64,000 nucleotides of DNA. Source: Amoebophrya sp. A120 (lineage: Eukaryota; Protista; Dinoflagellata). The position numbers and the translations under genes are program-made. Under the pieces are notes generated by a model, which did not search any database, was not told where the DNA came from, and saw only the letters and a list, made by a program, of their open reading frames with translations. Position 1 is the stretch's first letter. Each line of letters opens with the position of its first letter. The stretch spans positions 2,312,998 to 2,376,997 of the forward strand of contig CAJINV010000002.1 in NCBI GenBank assembly GCA_905178155.1, written 5' to 3'. Below, in pieces: positions 1 to 12,799 of this stretch.

Positions 1-165
1 CTCGTGGCTTGGCACGGAACAAAACCAACTGATCCACCCCAGCTGCACGTCTTCCGAACCGGAGGATTGCGATTTGTCATCCTCATCCTGCTCCATATTT
101 CCGTCTATCAGGCTGTCCTTCTGGTTACCCCCAGCATTGTTATTCCCACTGTTCGGGTCCGCCAT
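1..165 (-). CDS. CSNK2B: Casein kinase II beta subunit, 5' part (runs off window start; true start may be further upstream)
   Basis: Minus-strand translation MADPNSG...SSGSEDVQLGWISWFCSVPSHE matches the CK2-beta N-terminal WISWFC motif preceded by an acidic/Ser stretch. Confidence 0.75.
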   Translation of the reverse strand, partial: MADPNSGNNNAGGNQKDSLIDGNMEQDEDDKSQSSGSEDVQLGWISWFCSVPSHE

Positions 166-1517
166 TTCGGTGTCGTGTCTCAAGAGGCTTCTGTGTTGCT
201 GCTGGGATGATGAGGCACTACTGCGGAGATGGTTTCTAGAGGTGCTCGGGGACGATCCGGTTCCTGCAGTAGATCCGACTCCACCGGGGGAGCGCTTGGT
301 CAACAAAATCCTTCGCGAGGTCCTGGCTGCGACGTTGCGGGGTCTTAGTTGCAATGCGTAAGCAGTTATGGTGGAGGGAGGTCGTGATGTGGTGACTACT
401 TTATTGTCGCTTAAACGTGAAAAATTTTCGTGGTAATTGTCGCGTTGTAAAATGTCAAAAAAAGATGCGGGGAAAAGGTCAAATATTACTCTTGTGAAAA
501 GGAAAACGTATACCGTCCTCTTCGAGACAAATGTACTCATTCAGGTGGAGCAACAGGATGCATAGAGAACGAAAATAAAGTATCTATCACCTAGTAGCGC
601 TATGAAAAAACTCTTTCTGAGGTCGGCCGTAATTCGGATGCGACTAAAAAGTATGTTTGAAGCACCTACTACTGAAGCAATATGAAGAGAGAGCTTCTGT
701 CACACGTCGCTAGGCAAATCCCATTTCCGTTTCGCTGAATGTCGCTGGTAAATTCATATGAGTCACGGCAAGTACTACTTAAAAACTTTGTTGTGGTTGT
801 GGTTGTAGTACTGTTTCAAACCGCTGCAACATGATCGGAACTGACGGCTATTCGATCCTCTATGTAATGGATTGATGAATATCGGTTCTGAGATCCTTTT
901 CAGTCTGTTTCAAAAAATACACGGAAAGCAAAAAGATAGACAGGGAGATCCATCGACTTCACGTCATCTAGTACGACCTCAGCTGCCGTTGAAAACAAGA
1001 ATCATCGCAGGGATGCTACCGCGCCGGCTGATAGAACAGAGCCAACAATCCCTGCTGCTACTTCTAGTAGCGGAGCAGGAAATAGATAGAGATGACCGTC
1101 TTCACGTCAAATCCATACATGAAGCAGATCTTTTTCGCGGAGTTGCGCTTCTTGTACTCATGTCACTGGGTAGGCTCACGGTCTGTGGTGGTTGGTGCAA
1201 TAAGCATGGGCTGCAAGTGTCTGATGTTGTGATACAAACAACTCTCTACTGATTTAGGTACTTGAAAAGAGGACTCAAAAAGAACTAGAGTTGCCTTTAC
1301 TTCAGGGGTGATGAGTGAGATAAAACAGGTTCTTCAGCTGCGGTGTGGTTGAAAAAATCGTTACAAGAAATCAAGTCACGAGATTTCCCGCACTGGAAGA
1401 TCAAGCGGAAAGAACTCTTTGTCGCATGTATGCAGTCCTGTTTCATCCCACGAAGACGTCGACTCGGAAGTGAAGAAGACGCATCGGAAAATTTCAAATG
1501 CTGTTGATGCATTCTTT

Positions 1518-3922
1518 TTACTTCTTCTTCGTCTGATTCTTCACTTTCTCAATCGCGGCCGCGACCGTCGCTTCATCGCCCAGAAACTGCATGGAGACCA
1601 CCGGTTTCAAATCCGCGTCCAACTCGTACACGAACGGGATTCCGGTGGGGAGTATGAACTGCAAATATGTTGTCTGGGTCTGGAAACTTGTGTTGCTGAT
1701 GCTCGCATCCTAGGGCATGTTCCTGCACGGCATAACAGCATCAGAAGTTTTGCAAGGCTTGTCGTAGATTCTTTCATTCGTAAAACGCATGACGTTTCAC
1801 AGCATGACAGAGAAAGAAAAACTGCCCGCCAAGGGCATTCATTCGTTCGTTCGTTGTGGATCGGCTCTGCCGACCGGGTAACCCAACGCCTTGCATACAA
1901 GTGACCGACTTAGGCGAACCCCGTTGCGGGACATACAAATTGGCCGCACGGAAGGGCCCTAAGCGCTACATACATAGTTCACCCTAAGCGCCTACCACTT
2001 CGGTCTGGGACCTCGTCTACCTGATCCTGGGGGTCCACAGCGCACTAGCCCTTTGCTAGCATAAACAGTTTGGGTGCTACAGAGTGATCTAGCTCTCTCC
2101 TTTTAACAGTAAGGCCATCATAAATGTGCGCTAAAACGGGCTCGGGGCGCTCCGTACGGAAGGGAGCCTTACAGATCCCATTGTCCTTCTTACTTACTCG
2201 ATTCATGCATTACAGATTCCATTGTCCTTCAAATTTCGCATCACAAATCCAGAGGACCAAAACATATTTGCAATGCATAAGGAGATTCAATTCCATGATT
2301 TCCTCATTCGACATCTTGTCCAGGTGGCACCCATATCCTGTGCAAAAGTATCGTACTCGTATAAATGCGAATCTTGCATTACGAATCTTGTTCCCAAGGC
2401 AAATCTGCATTACAAATTTCATTTCTCATGCTGAGGAAATTTGTCATGCGATTTATACTAGTACGATACTTTTGCAGTCCATAAGACAATCCCGCGGAGA
2501 CTGTTTCCGTGGGCGGCGACCAGGATGGTTTTACCTTTAAAAAAATTGTAAAGGAAAGTTGGTTTTGGCACCATCCTAGACAGCAATATTCATGTCGACT
2601 CCGCAAGACAAACTCATCTTCACAACGAGATAGAAACCGGTTTGAGTTGTGTATGCATGTTACAAAAACCATTTTCACTATACCTTCCTTCAAGGCCGGC
2701 ACGATCGTGTTTTCCCAGAACGGCATGGTGCGCTTGATCGTCAATTCTAAAGACTCACACTTCGGAAACTCTTCCTCCTTCAGGTCCGCATACCGGGGGT
2801 CCTGCCGAATGGCCTCGAAGTACTCGTGTCCTTCCTCCATCGGCGGCGGTGGGGTGTCGAAGGACCGACGCCAGATCTGCACCTGGTCGGCTCCGTACTT
2901 TTCGACTGTCGCGGCCTTGTCGAGACCTGATAGATAAGTAGCTCTTAACAATTTGTCATGCGATCATGTGGGAATCATCGAGAAGACCATCTGTCATGCA
3001 AGACTCGCATGTCACAAACAAAACAAGCAGAGAAATAGATGACCCATTGACAACATACTTATTTGTATACCGGTCAGCCCGCCATAGTGCCGCTCGTTCA
3101 ACCGCCAGGTCTTTTCAATCGGCGGGGTTTGTCCCGCTTCGGAAAGAATAATGTCTATCCTGAGTAAAAACGTCCCCACCCCAAAGTCAAGTTGCGAACT
3201 CTGCAGCACAAATCCAGCAGTTTTGGAAGCCATGCATGACAAGTTCGTCTTTGTAGTGTAGTGCAGGTTAGCCAGGACAGTCGCATGACAAGCCCATCTC
3301 CTCATATTGTTTACAGCACTACAAATGCCAAAACACGACCGGAAATGCCTCTCATGTAGATGCGCATTGCAAATGTTCCTGTCGTTGCAAATCTGCATGA
3401 CAACTCTGGGGTGGGGACGTTTTTGCTCAGGATAATGTCCAGGGTTTTGTTTGCGCGGAGCAGGACGGAACTGTATGGATCGCAAATATGTCTGGGTCTG
3501 GCAGGGTGCCAACTTGTGATGCTGCCTTTGAATTCTACGCAGAATTTGTGTTGCATGAACAGCAAAAGAGGTCAAGTTTTTGCTAAGCGGAGACGGCATT
3601 TCTCATGCAGTATGGGCATCAGAAAGCCCTCAAAAGATCTGTGGTGCTAGGGCATGCATCACAGACGCCATGGCCTATGCAAAGTGAGCATGGCAAACAC
3701 CTGCATTCATGCAGACCCAGACATAAAAGTATTTGCATTCCATAAACTGTACGCCTGGTCGAATTTCAAGCCGGATTCCTTGATCGCAATCCCGCCCTTC
3801 TTCGCTTCCTCGAGCCCCGCTTCGGACAAATCCGCGTCGAACCAGCCGCAGAAGAGATTTTTCAAGTTCCATTCCGATTCCCCGTGGCGGACAAAAACGA
3901 TTTTGTACTTGGACTCCGGCAT
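1518..3922 (-). CDS. gpmA: 2,3-bisphosphoglycerate-dependent phosphoglycerate mutase, 7 exons
   Basis: Exons give [61 protein letters not shown] and [14 protein letters not shown]. Four introners plus two GT-AG introns (2535-2683, 2927-3070). The junction across 2334-2483 is not resolved exactly. Confidence 0.95.
1653..2279. mobile_element. Introner family A with nested ~380-bp insert
   Basis: TATGAACTGCAAATATG...CATATTTGCAATGCATA ends; flanks GGGAG/AGGAG; removal restores ELNLPTG. Confidence 0.85.
2334..2483. mobile_element. Introner family B
   Basis: TATCCTGTGCAAAAGTATCGTACT...AGTACGATACTTTTGCAGTCCATA inverted ends; TSD not recognisable. Confidence 0.8.
3156..3434. mobile_element. Introner family C (279 bp)
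   Basis: TATCCTGAGTAAAAACGTCCCCACCCC...GGGGTGGGGACGTTTTTGCTCAGGATA; TSD ATGTC; removal restores LDIILSE. Confidence 0.92.
3474..3744. mobile_element. Introner family A
   Basis: TGTCTGGGTCTG/CAGACCCAGACA inverted repeat; TSD AACTG; removal restores AYSSVLL. Confidence 0.9.
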
Positions 3923-4698
3923 TTTGTTTTTGGGTGGAAGTTTTTGTGGACGAAGTAAAGTTCGTGGCGTTCGACAAAGAAACTGAAACGTCGAGCAGGA
4001 GAAGGGCCTTCTTGTAAAGTATCCAATTGTGATGTCGTTGAAGAAAAGGTTGTTGATGCTCGGTCGTACTAGTTCTCAAAAAATCTCAAAGTCAAACTAC
4101 TCTACTGGTGATCTATAATAAACAGTTGAACTCTGAATATATGTATCGTTGCTGGTACTAGCGATAGTAAAAGTGCAGTTGAACTGAAAATAACAGGCTC
4201 CGGTGACCACCGAAATCGCGTAGTAGCAAACCGTTGCTTTGATCGTGATCGCGTCAATCTCATGAGATCTTTGGTGCTGATCGTGATTTTTTCAGTCGGA
4301 ATACCACGTAGTCTCGTATGGTTTGAACACAGCGGCAGATGAGTTCGTTTCGCCGACAAAAGCCGACCGATAGGCGACGTGACATGATTGAGATAAAACG
4401 TCTCAGCCTCTTGTCTCCGTTTGTTAATATACTGGGGTGCTAATAATTCATGGGGTTTCATTCGTTCTGGTAAATAAGATTGAAAAGCTGTTGTGGTTCG
4501 TGGTTATGTCGCTGGTGATGAAGAATACTTCTGCTTTTTGATGGGATCATCATGACGGGTACTTACATTCACCTTCAAAAAGTTGTTGCTCATGTGTTCA
4601 TCGTGGCTCAAGAAGTACACCGCTAGGTGGAGTCTGAGTGCTGCTATAATGACGAGCGTGCAGCTGGGAAAAGAAGAAAACTACTCACCAATTCACTT

Positions 4699-7236
4699 TC
4701 ACATCGCCACTTCCGCCTGTCCCATCTTGTGCCCACCCCCGGTCGCATAAGCGTCTAACTCCTCTTCCGTCAAAAACTGCGCTACTAACTGTTATCAAAT
4801 GTAAAAGTGTCTGGGTCCGGAAGAAAAAGAATGCAACTTGTGATGCTGTATTTGGATTCCAAAAAAATCTGTATTGCATGAGTACCAAAAGGAACGTAAT
4901 TTTTGCTACGCGGAGAGGGAATTTGTCATGCGGAATAGGCATCAAGAAGCTCTCAAAAAATCTGTGATGCTAGGGCATGCATCACAGACATCAGGGCTCA
5001 TGCAAAACGTGCATGACAAGTGTCAGAATCTCCCAGACCCAGACATTTTTGCAATCCATAACTGTCCCGGGTCGACGATGCCCAGGTCTGGTTTCAAATT
5101 TTTCGTGAACTCCGCGAAGGACGGTATCCGAAGGAAAGTTGATACCGCACACAAGCAAACGCTAACCATGCAACACAGGATTAATAAATGCTACCTCAGA
5201 CAGCAATACAAATCTCACTTTGCTTTGGGTATGTCATCAAAATTTGCCATCTGCGACGTGTGCGGCAATAAATCTGTATTGCATATCCGGGTCTAGTATC
5301 GAGCTCTTCTTCGTCGGGCCGTTTCCCTTTGAATCGGGCGAGCAGTACTGCGGCCATTTTTTCTCCATCTCTATCCCACGAAAAAACTGCTTCACTGTGA
5401 TGATTCTGTACGTTTTGCATCACAAGTTTGCTCTACATCACGGAGGAAGTTTGCCATGCGAGCTTCCTATGGGAAAGCTCGCCTACAAATGCATTATCTT
5501 GCATGTGTAGCAACACAAACACGCTTGCGATACATTTTCTGCATCACAAGTTCATTAGTGAAACAGTTTCCTCTTGCGATAATTTCCTCACTGACTTCAA
5601 TTTTCAAATCCTTCAACTCCGTCTTGATCAAATGGTCGTACCGCTGCTATGAATTGCAAAAGTATCGCACCTCTCGTAGCATTGTATGCAATACAAATTA
5701 GCTCAGCATGACAAATCCAAATGGAACTTGTCATGCGGATTCAGCTTCAGAGAGAGAGATCTGTAATGCATAAACGCAAGTACTACGAGTACGATACTTT
5801 TGCACAGGATAGCTGCAACCGGAAGTTGATTTCGATCTGGTCCACGCACTGCGGGGTTTGACCTAAATCCAGAAATCGCATCGACGCCGAGTTCACGAGT
5901 GTTTCTAACGCTTCTTCTAGCGAATTCTGCCCCGTAGCGGAAACAGGGTACAACGATCCGTCCCCGTCTTGCTGCAATAGCCCGGAATTTTCCAAGTACG
6001 CGTATAACCGCTGGTCGTCCGTTTCATCGCTGTCCGGGTCGTTCGGGTTTTTGTTCGCGTTTGATGTCCCATCGGTTGAAATAGAAGACCCGAGGTTGTG
6101 GTTCGGACTGTAATTCGGGTTCGGCGGGTAGCCGGCAAGCGCGGGAGGTTGCTGGTTTTGATTCGCATTCGCTGCTGCAGTATTCATTCCTTGTTGTGAA
6201 GGTTTCAAAGCGCTGAGTTGCTCTGGACTGGCTGGCGGCGGTTGATCCGGATTTGAATTTTGTTGATCTGTGGATGCCTGCTGGTCATTATTCTGCTGTG
6301 TTCTCACCACCGGCGGGCCGGAACTTGTCACCCCCGCGCCCTGGGTCACTGCGTTGGCGATACCAGATGCTCCTTGTTGCGCAGCAGCAGTATTTGATGT
6401 TCCGGGATTACCTGGACCTGTCCCCACTCCCCCTACGCTGTCGGAGTGGACTAATTTGCTGCCGTCGGAGCTTGGTACCAGTTCCAGAAACTCCGCGACA
6501 GCCAGCGTGCGGCAGTCGGTATCAAATGCAAATATGTCTGGGTCTGGAAACTTGTGATGCTGGTTGCGAAAGACGAGGACGCCTCAATTGACTGGCAAGC
6601 ATGACAAGTTTCGGAGGTGCTACAGTCTTGCCTTTTCTGCATGACAAAGCGACCTTCTGCACGACAGAAAAGTGGTGCCTTTGGGTAATGTGCATGACAG
6701 ACTTGAGAGTCATGTCCGACAAGCATGACAAACCTTGGATCTTTCCAGACCCAGACGTGTTTGCAGTTCATAATCGGGCTCGAGGATCAATACCCCGTTG
6801 AGGTAATGCTGTAGCTGCATCTGCCGCTGGTTGATAAACGCCTGGTCGTTGTTGCCGAACAGTCTTTTGCCGGGAAAATGGGGAAGTTGCACCGGGTACT
6901 TCTGCTTCAGCGTCTCGTTTAGCTCATGGAAGTGGCTATACCTGGAGGAAAATTGAAGATATATGAACTTGCAGTCGGCGTCCGCGTCGGGCTTCTTTTA
7001 TGCATGACAGACGGCTGCTCTGCTTTCTCTTTGAGCTGTATACATGGCGAAGTGTGATGCAAAAAGGCCAATAGTACTTACCTTTTCCCAATGTCCCACG
7101 ACTGTCCGTCCGGTGACATGACCCGCAAATGGTAAATCGTGTGCCCGGAAACGTTTGTGTTCTGGTAAATCATTGCCGTGTACGGGATCAAGGGGCTCTC
7201 CGGATCCGGAGAAAGATGCGCAGGATGGTCCGACAT
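4699..7236 (-). CDS. PX (phox homology) domain protein, multi-exon
   Basis: Spliced translation MSDHPAHL...GHTIYHLRVMSPDGQSWDIGKR|YSHFHELNETLKQKYPVQLPHFPGKRLFGNNDQAFINQRQMQLQHYLNGVL...EFL is typical PX (RYS-F, P-FP-K, R...L..YL). GT-AG intron about 6942-7081. Exon structure at 5070-5290 is uncertain. Confidence 0.8.
4793..5060. mobile_element. Introner family A
   Basis: Family-A TIR; TSD ACTGT. Confidence 0.9.
5372..5581. mobile_element. Introner family D
   Basis: TATCCCACGAAAAAACTGCTTCACT...AGTGAAACAGTTTCCTCTTGCGATA; flanks ATCTC/ATTTC. Confidence 0.8.
5648..5811. mobile_element. Introner family B
   Basis: Family-B TIR; TSD GCTGC. Confidence 0.9.
6520..6772. mobile_element. Introner family A
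   Basis: Family-A TIR; flanks GTCGG/ATCGG; interrupts the end of the PX domain. Confidence 0.88.
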
Positions 7237-7759
7237 GGTTCGCCAGGGCGTCAATATAGTCGTGCTCGAAACTAAAAGACTTTCTACTTCTTTGGCAACA
7301 CAAGAGGCGTTTTCAATGCCGGAAGTGCTTTATGTTCAACATTGTAGTTCACAAGGAGGTTAGTGGTGCGCCTCTTCTTGCGCCAAAAAATAATTCGCAC
7401 GTTCATATATAGATCTTATAAATATCATGTAGTTCTTGTTCATAAGAGACGGCTTGATGGCACTGTCATCAGCAAATAATGACCTGACGTTTTACTTGAT
7501 GTAATCAAGTACACATCATGGAATCAATTCATGTAGGATCAATAGGAATCTCGGTCACAAAATACTGACTCATTTGGAAAGACGATATGGAGAGACGAAA
7601 CAAGAAGACGACGAAATGCAAGCCACGAGAGGGCCGGCGACACCCACGCAGCAGAACACATCGGCGTAGCAAAGAGTGCCGGCAATGCGCCCATCGTGTC
7701 CATGGGCCGCTGCCTTCTCGGCCGGCGATGTCAAACAATCGAATTCATGTCCGACCCGC

Positions 7760-9290
7760 CTCGGGGAGACGGGGCGCGCCTCACGCACAACGCGGGGAGC
7801 CGACTGCACATGCGTCGGGGCTGCAAGCAGGAGGGGGTGGGAGGCCTGCGCGCGTCCTGCTTCTCATCTTGATTGACCAGGGCGCCGTATGGTTTCGCCC
7901 GGGCGCGCCAAGCGGGGCCGGGGCGCGCGCACAGAAGGGCGACGGAACTAGTTGCCCAAACACGCACCGGGCGCCGGCCCGGTGGCTGCCACAACCGGGG
8001 GAAGAGAGCACGGCTCCGGAGCGAGTCTGCGTGCAGGCACCCCGCGCGGCGGCATAGAGCCGGCAAACCCGCCAGGGCAACAATTCTAGCAGGCGCGCCG
8101 GCAAGGGGCGCGCGCTCCACGCCTCGCGCGAAGCCGCCGACCGGACTCACAGCAGGGAGGGGGAACAGAGAGGGGGCCGGGGACAATCTCGCGGCGCACG
8201 CTTTTGATGCGGTGACCCGCCGGCCTCGCGCGCCCGACGCGCCTGCCGGCCCCCTTGCGGCCCCATTTTCTCCCATTTATAAATGGGCACGCTCGCACCC
8301 CACCAAAGCGGCCGCCGCCCCCGCGCTGCCAATTTCTTGCGGGCTGCAGACCGCGCCGCGCCTCCAGGGTATCCGGCGGGCTCGGCCAATGTGCGGCGGA
8401 GCAACCAACCCCAGGCCCCCCGGCGCTCTTTGTACTCCTGGCGCCCGTCGTTCATTTTCGCCAAAACCGGGAAAGCCTCAAGCAACTGCGGGGCCGCGCG
8501 CCTGGGGCGGCACACAAGACCGGGCCGCGCGCCACCGGCAAAGCGCCTGCGCCTGCCAGGGCGCGTAGATGGCTCGCCCGGTGAGATCGGTCGCGCGCCG
8601 GTGCATGCCCATCGCGATCCACTGCCAGACCAGCCGGGCCAGGCCGGTTGACCCTGTTGCCGTGCTTGAAAACCCCGCCTGCGAAGCCACTCGGTGCAGG
8701 CGTCTCCTCATACGAAAAGAACCTCGCACGATACGCCCCTACTACCAAGCGTCTTGATGTCTTCCAACCTGTTTTGCACCAAGTTGGCGCTGTCGTATCT
8801 TTCCTGTAATCCTGCGCAGGTGTGAGAGGTATGCGCGACGCGTTCAGCCTAATCTCGCCGCTGACATACACCGTCTTCCCGCCGTTGTGGTATTGCGGAC
8901 AAGCCTTCCCCGCTTGCGGCGCGTCGGCGAAGTGGGGCATCGATCCAAAGTGGGCACGATCGCGCTCGGCGCCACTGAAGAGCTTGCTGCACCCCGGACA
9001 AGGTCACGGGCGGCGGGCGCGCGCCGAAGCCCGGCAAATGGCTGCGGGCATGCTCCGACCGCCGCCCCACCAATGGCGGCGATGGCTCGGGTCGCTGGCT
9101 CCGGAGCCTACCCGCTCCCGGTAGCTACGATGCCCCCACGACGCCCGCCCCCGCTGCAAGGGAAGGCCGGCGCCTCAGGCTGCACGCACGGCACCGCGGC
9201 AGACGGGCGCGGCGTCTCCGGCCCCCAGTACCGGCCGGCGGCTGTCGCCTTTCACGCGCGAAATCTGGCCCAGCCGACAGAATGCAGGCG
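7760..9290. repeat. GC-rich intergenic island
   Basis: Abrupt switch to GCGC/GGCC/CCCC-rich sequence with stop-poor overlapping ORFs in several frames; boundaries approximate. Confidence 0.6.
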
Positions 9291-9704
9291 GTGAAAGGTC
9301 AAGGGGGTAAAACAAGCGGCGGAGCCCTAACCAGCCTGCAGTCCATGCGCAAACACAATAACGCGAGCCGCCGCACTGCAGCGCAGCTGCTGTCATCGAC
9401 GTCTGCTGCAAGAGCCTGGGAACACAGTGTTCAAAACTTTCAACTGCCACCTCCTTCGTCATTTTCTCTTTCGTCTAGTATTTGATTCGTTCGACATACA
9501 ACTAGTACTACGCTGCCGCTGCTGATCAATTGCGCGGCCAAAACAAATTCGCAGCTGCCCATCACGAGGCATTTACTCATTCAACGCACATTGCATGTCT
9601 ATGATCGCTTCGACATTCTTGATTCAATTGCCCTGCATCCGGTTCATTTCGAATCTTGATGTTGTTCATTCTCTAATTATGCTTCTCAGCGATAACTCGT
9701 TTGC

Positions 9705-12326
9705 TCACCAAGTATGATCTTCAAACTGTGGCACAGTTGGAAATGAAATTGGCACTTTTTTCGTAGCGACGCCATCACCGCCCGAAACCCGGCTCAACAA
9801 CACCCCGGCATCTTCAACAGCTCCATTATTTCCGCCATTCCTCCGTGCAGATCCCTTGAAACGCGGCGTAGTCATGGCTGTTTCCCGCAAAAACGTCTCA
9901 AACGGAACCGGCGGTCGGGGTGTAGGAACTACAACTTGCTCCACATCACGTCGGGAGGTTCTGCCCGACAGCACAGCATCCACATCCCGATTGCTCGCGA
10001 AGCTCGCATCGGGGGACACGCAGCTCCGCACGTACTGTTTTGTCAGCGGAGGAACTACAAGCAGGTCTGTGTCTACTTTGGCGGCGTGACTGGTAGATGA
10101 GAATCCAGCTGCAGAACCAGACTTACCAACTGGACGCTTCCGTGCATACATGCGGTCCATGTTGAGCGGAGGGACGGAAAGGAATTGATGCTGTTGATGA
10201 AAGTGCTTGTTTGTCGTGACAAAACTCCCGTCGTTTTGCAGTTTTTGTTCCGCGTCAGTTGTAGTAGTTCCACTTCTTCTGGTGCCCAAGTTTGCAGTCT
10301 TCGATGCAGGAGATCTGGACCACCCTGTTGATGATCTTCGGAAGTCGCAAGAAAGGTCACTCGACGCACTACCCCCAACGGGCGTCGAGCACACGCTGGC
10401 GGTTAAAACCTGATCTAGTTGTTCTTCATCTTCCAGAGCATCGACATCGTCCTTTGCTTGACACAAATGATCCGCTTGCAGCTCCACGTCCTCCGCCCGT
10501 TCTATCTCCTCCTCCACCCCTTTGAAGCTCCGCACGCACGACAAATCGCCCTGGCTGGGGCATATCAAGTGTAAAAATGTCTGGGTCTGGAGGGTTCTGA
10601 GACTTGTCATGCACATTTTGCATGAGTCATGATGTCTGTGATGCATGCCATGGCAACACAGATTCTTTGTGGGCTTCTTCATGCCTAGTCCGCATGACAA
10701 ATGCCCTCTCCCCGAAGCAAAAAATAGACTCATTGTGCTGCTCATGCAATACAGATTTCTTTGGAATCCAAATGCAGCATCACAAGTTGCATTTTTTTTC
10801 TTCCAGACGCAGACCTAGACATTTTTACATTTGGTAGGGCACCGGAACAAGCAAGTGGTGGAAATTTCGTCCTGCGACAGATGCGCGTCCAGCTCTTCGA
10901 GGAGCACGGAGGCTTTTTCAATTTGCTCGTCCAAAATTTCGTGCAAATTTTTCTTCTCGCGGTGGTCTTGCTTCGTGTCGGACGCGGGGGTGTTGTTTGC
11001 AAGAAAAAAAGTTCCTGTGTGGTGGTTTATTCCGTTTCTGGCACTGGCAACCGTCGACGGCGTTGAAGACAGAGGATGAAGAGCAGGCAATTTTGAAGGT
11101 TTAGAGACCATTTTTCGGTGTAGTTGCTGCTCCCGCACTTCATCTACCTGCACGCAACACAAAATTTGGGTCGTGGTGTAAACTTTCTTGTTGGCGCTGG
11201 TTTCCTGTTCACCGACAGTGGTCTTTTCTTCTACCAGCCTTTCAGCTTGTCGAGTTTCACCTCCACCTCCTCCCCTCCCAGTGCAACACAACACGCCACG
11301 GGCGCCTCTGGCTTGCGAAAATTTCTTCAAAATCATCTTCCGACCGTAGGAGACCGGGGCTTTCGAAGATTTGCTCGTCCCGACGAGAGGAACAAACCTC
11401 TTCCCAAAAAAGTCGTGCCATGATTTGGGCAGGAGTTTTTGCTGCTTGGAGGTAGTTGGCGTCGGAGGGGAAGTAGCGCGTGAAGATGCTAAGGCGAAGT
11501 CTTTGTCGACGTTTTTCATCATCTTCCCTTGATCTTCAACAACTTGCGGAGGTTCCGTTGTAGTCGTGGTCCTCTCCAGCCTTTCCACCTCCTCCACTGG
11601 GACAAGCCGTGTGAACGGTAAACGAAGGCGCGGTGATGTTCTTGTGCAACAAGAACGACTTTTGTCAACCTCATTTGCTGCAGCGTCCTGCTTCCGACAC
11701 AGCGACACCGAAAAACAACACTGTTGCGCGCCATGACAGTTTTCTTCGTTTGTTGTCCATCTGGCTCCCTCAGTTTCACCATCATCAGCCCAAACTCCTA
11801 TACCACCCTTTCTGTGCGCCACAAGAAACAGCTCGATCGCCGTGTGTGGCTGCTGTGCTGTGAAAATTCTCAAATTGTACAGAACGTCGTGCAATATATC
11901 ATGGTGTTCGCCCACGACCAGGCCCGGTGAAAAATCTAGCGCCGGTTTCTCAACAACCTCGACCCGCTGAATTTCGGAAGAATTGTGCTCAACTTCGAGT
12001 TTCCATGTTTTCAACGCGTTGTACGATTCTTCCACGGCGGAATTATGCGGGCGTGACACTAAGTCGGAGGTGAAGCGCGGGCTTCTTGGGTCGACGTCAA
12101 ATTCCAGCTTGAGCAGGAGAAGCGCGTCCGCCTCGCTCAGGGAATTCTTTTGCTGTGGTGAGCACGGCGGTCTTCTTGGGGAAGTTGTGGAGGTCCTCGG
12201 GCCACCCGGAGCTCCAGCAGTGGCGTGATCATTGGGCGTCTTCTGCCCTAGCGAGGCTTTATCTTTGTTCGATCCATCTTGCTGAAAAACCACGGTCCAG
12301 CAAGTTCGTTGCGAGCGTGGCAACAT
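9705..12326 (-). CDS. Hypothetical protein, 2 exons
   Basis: Two long ORFs join in frame (LFRCP|SQGDL) when the introner at 10563-10836 plus one TSD is removed; start codon uncertain. Confidence 0.6.
10563..10836. mobile_element. Introner family A
   Basis: Family-A TIR; TSD GGGCA. Confidence 0.9.
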
Positions 12327-12799
12327 GTTTCGTTCATTACGGGGGATAATTTTCGGCACGTCTATGTGCAAAAGCAACTCCGGAGAGTAAGCCCCAGGGA
12401 AAAAACAAGATAAGGGCTCTTACTGTGTCACGTTGTGTGTTTTTGTAAGTCAGCAGCTATTCACTCTAGGCTCGCACGCTTCAAACAAAGAAGCCAGGAA
12501 ACAAATCTGCGACCAAGTCTTGTCAACAACATATACAAACACACCATCGACACTGACGCATCGCAAGAAGCAAGTCGCGATGGACGGCTCCTGATGACGA
12601 GGATGCTGGGACGCGAACCACAGATGATGAGCCGGCGCCGCCAAACGCGAGCGGAGAGCAGAACAAAGCTAGCAATGCTCTCCGTGGACTGGACAAGGCG
12701 CAGGGCCCACACGGTGCGCCACGAATTGACAAAAATGAAAATCACAAAGCCCCGGCCAAACCTATACGACATAGCTGCAGGCAACTGGGAGCCGCTTTT

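Noticed and set aside
1518-3922. Interpreting gpmA, TIM10 and PSMA6 as transposon-killed pseudogenes
   Set aside because: Exons keep conserved residues with no stops or frameshifts apart from the elements, even where the elements and TSDs have diverged; not formally excluded without RNA data.
7731-9294. Many long overlapping Arg/Pro/Gly/Ala-rich ORFs in the GC islands (also 12.7-13.9, 19.3-21.5, 44.6-45.6 and 52.5-54.2 kb)
   Set aside because: Expected from stop-codon scarcity at extreme GC; they occur in several frames on both strands with no recognisable domain.
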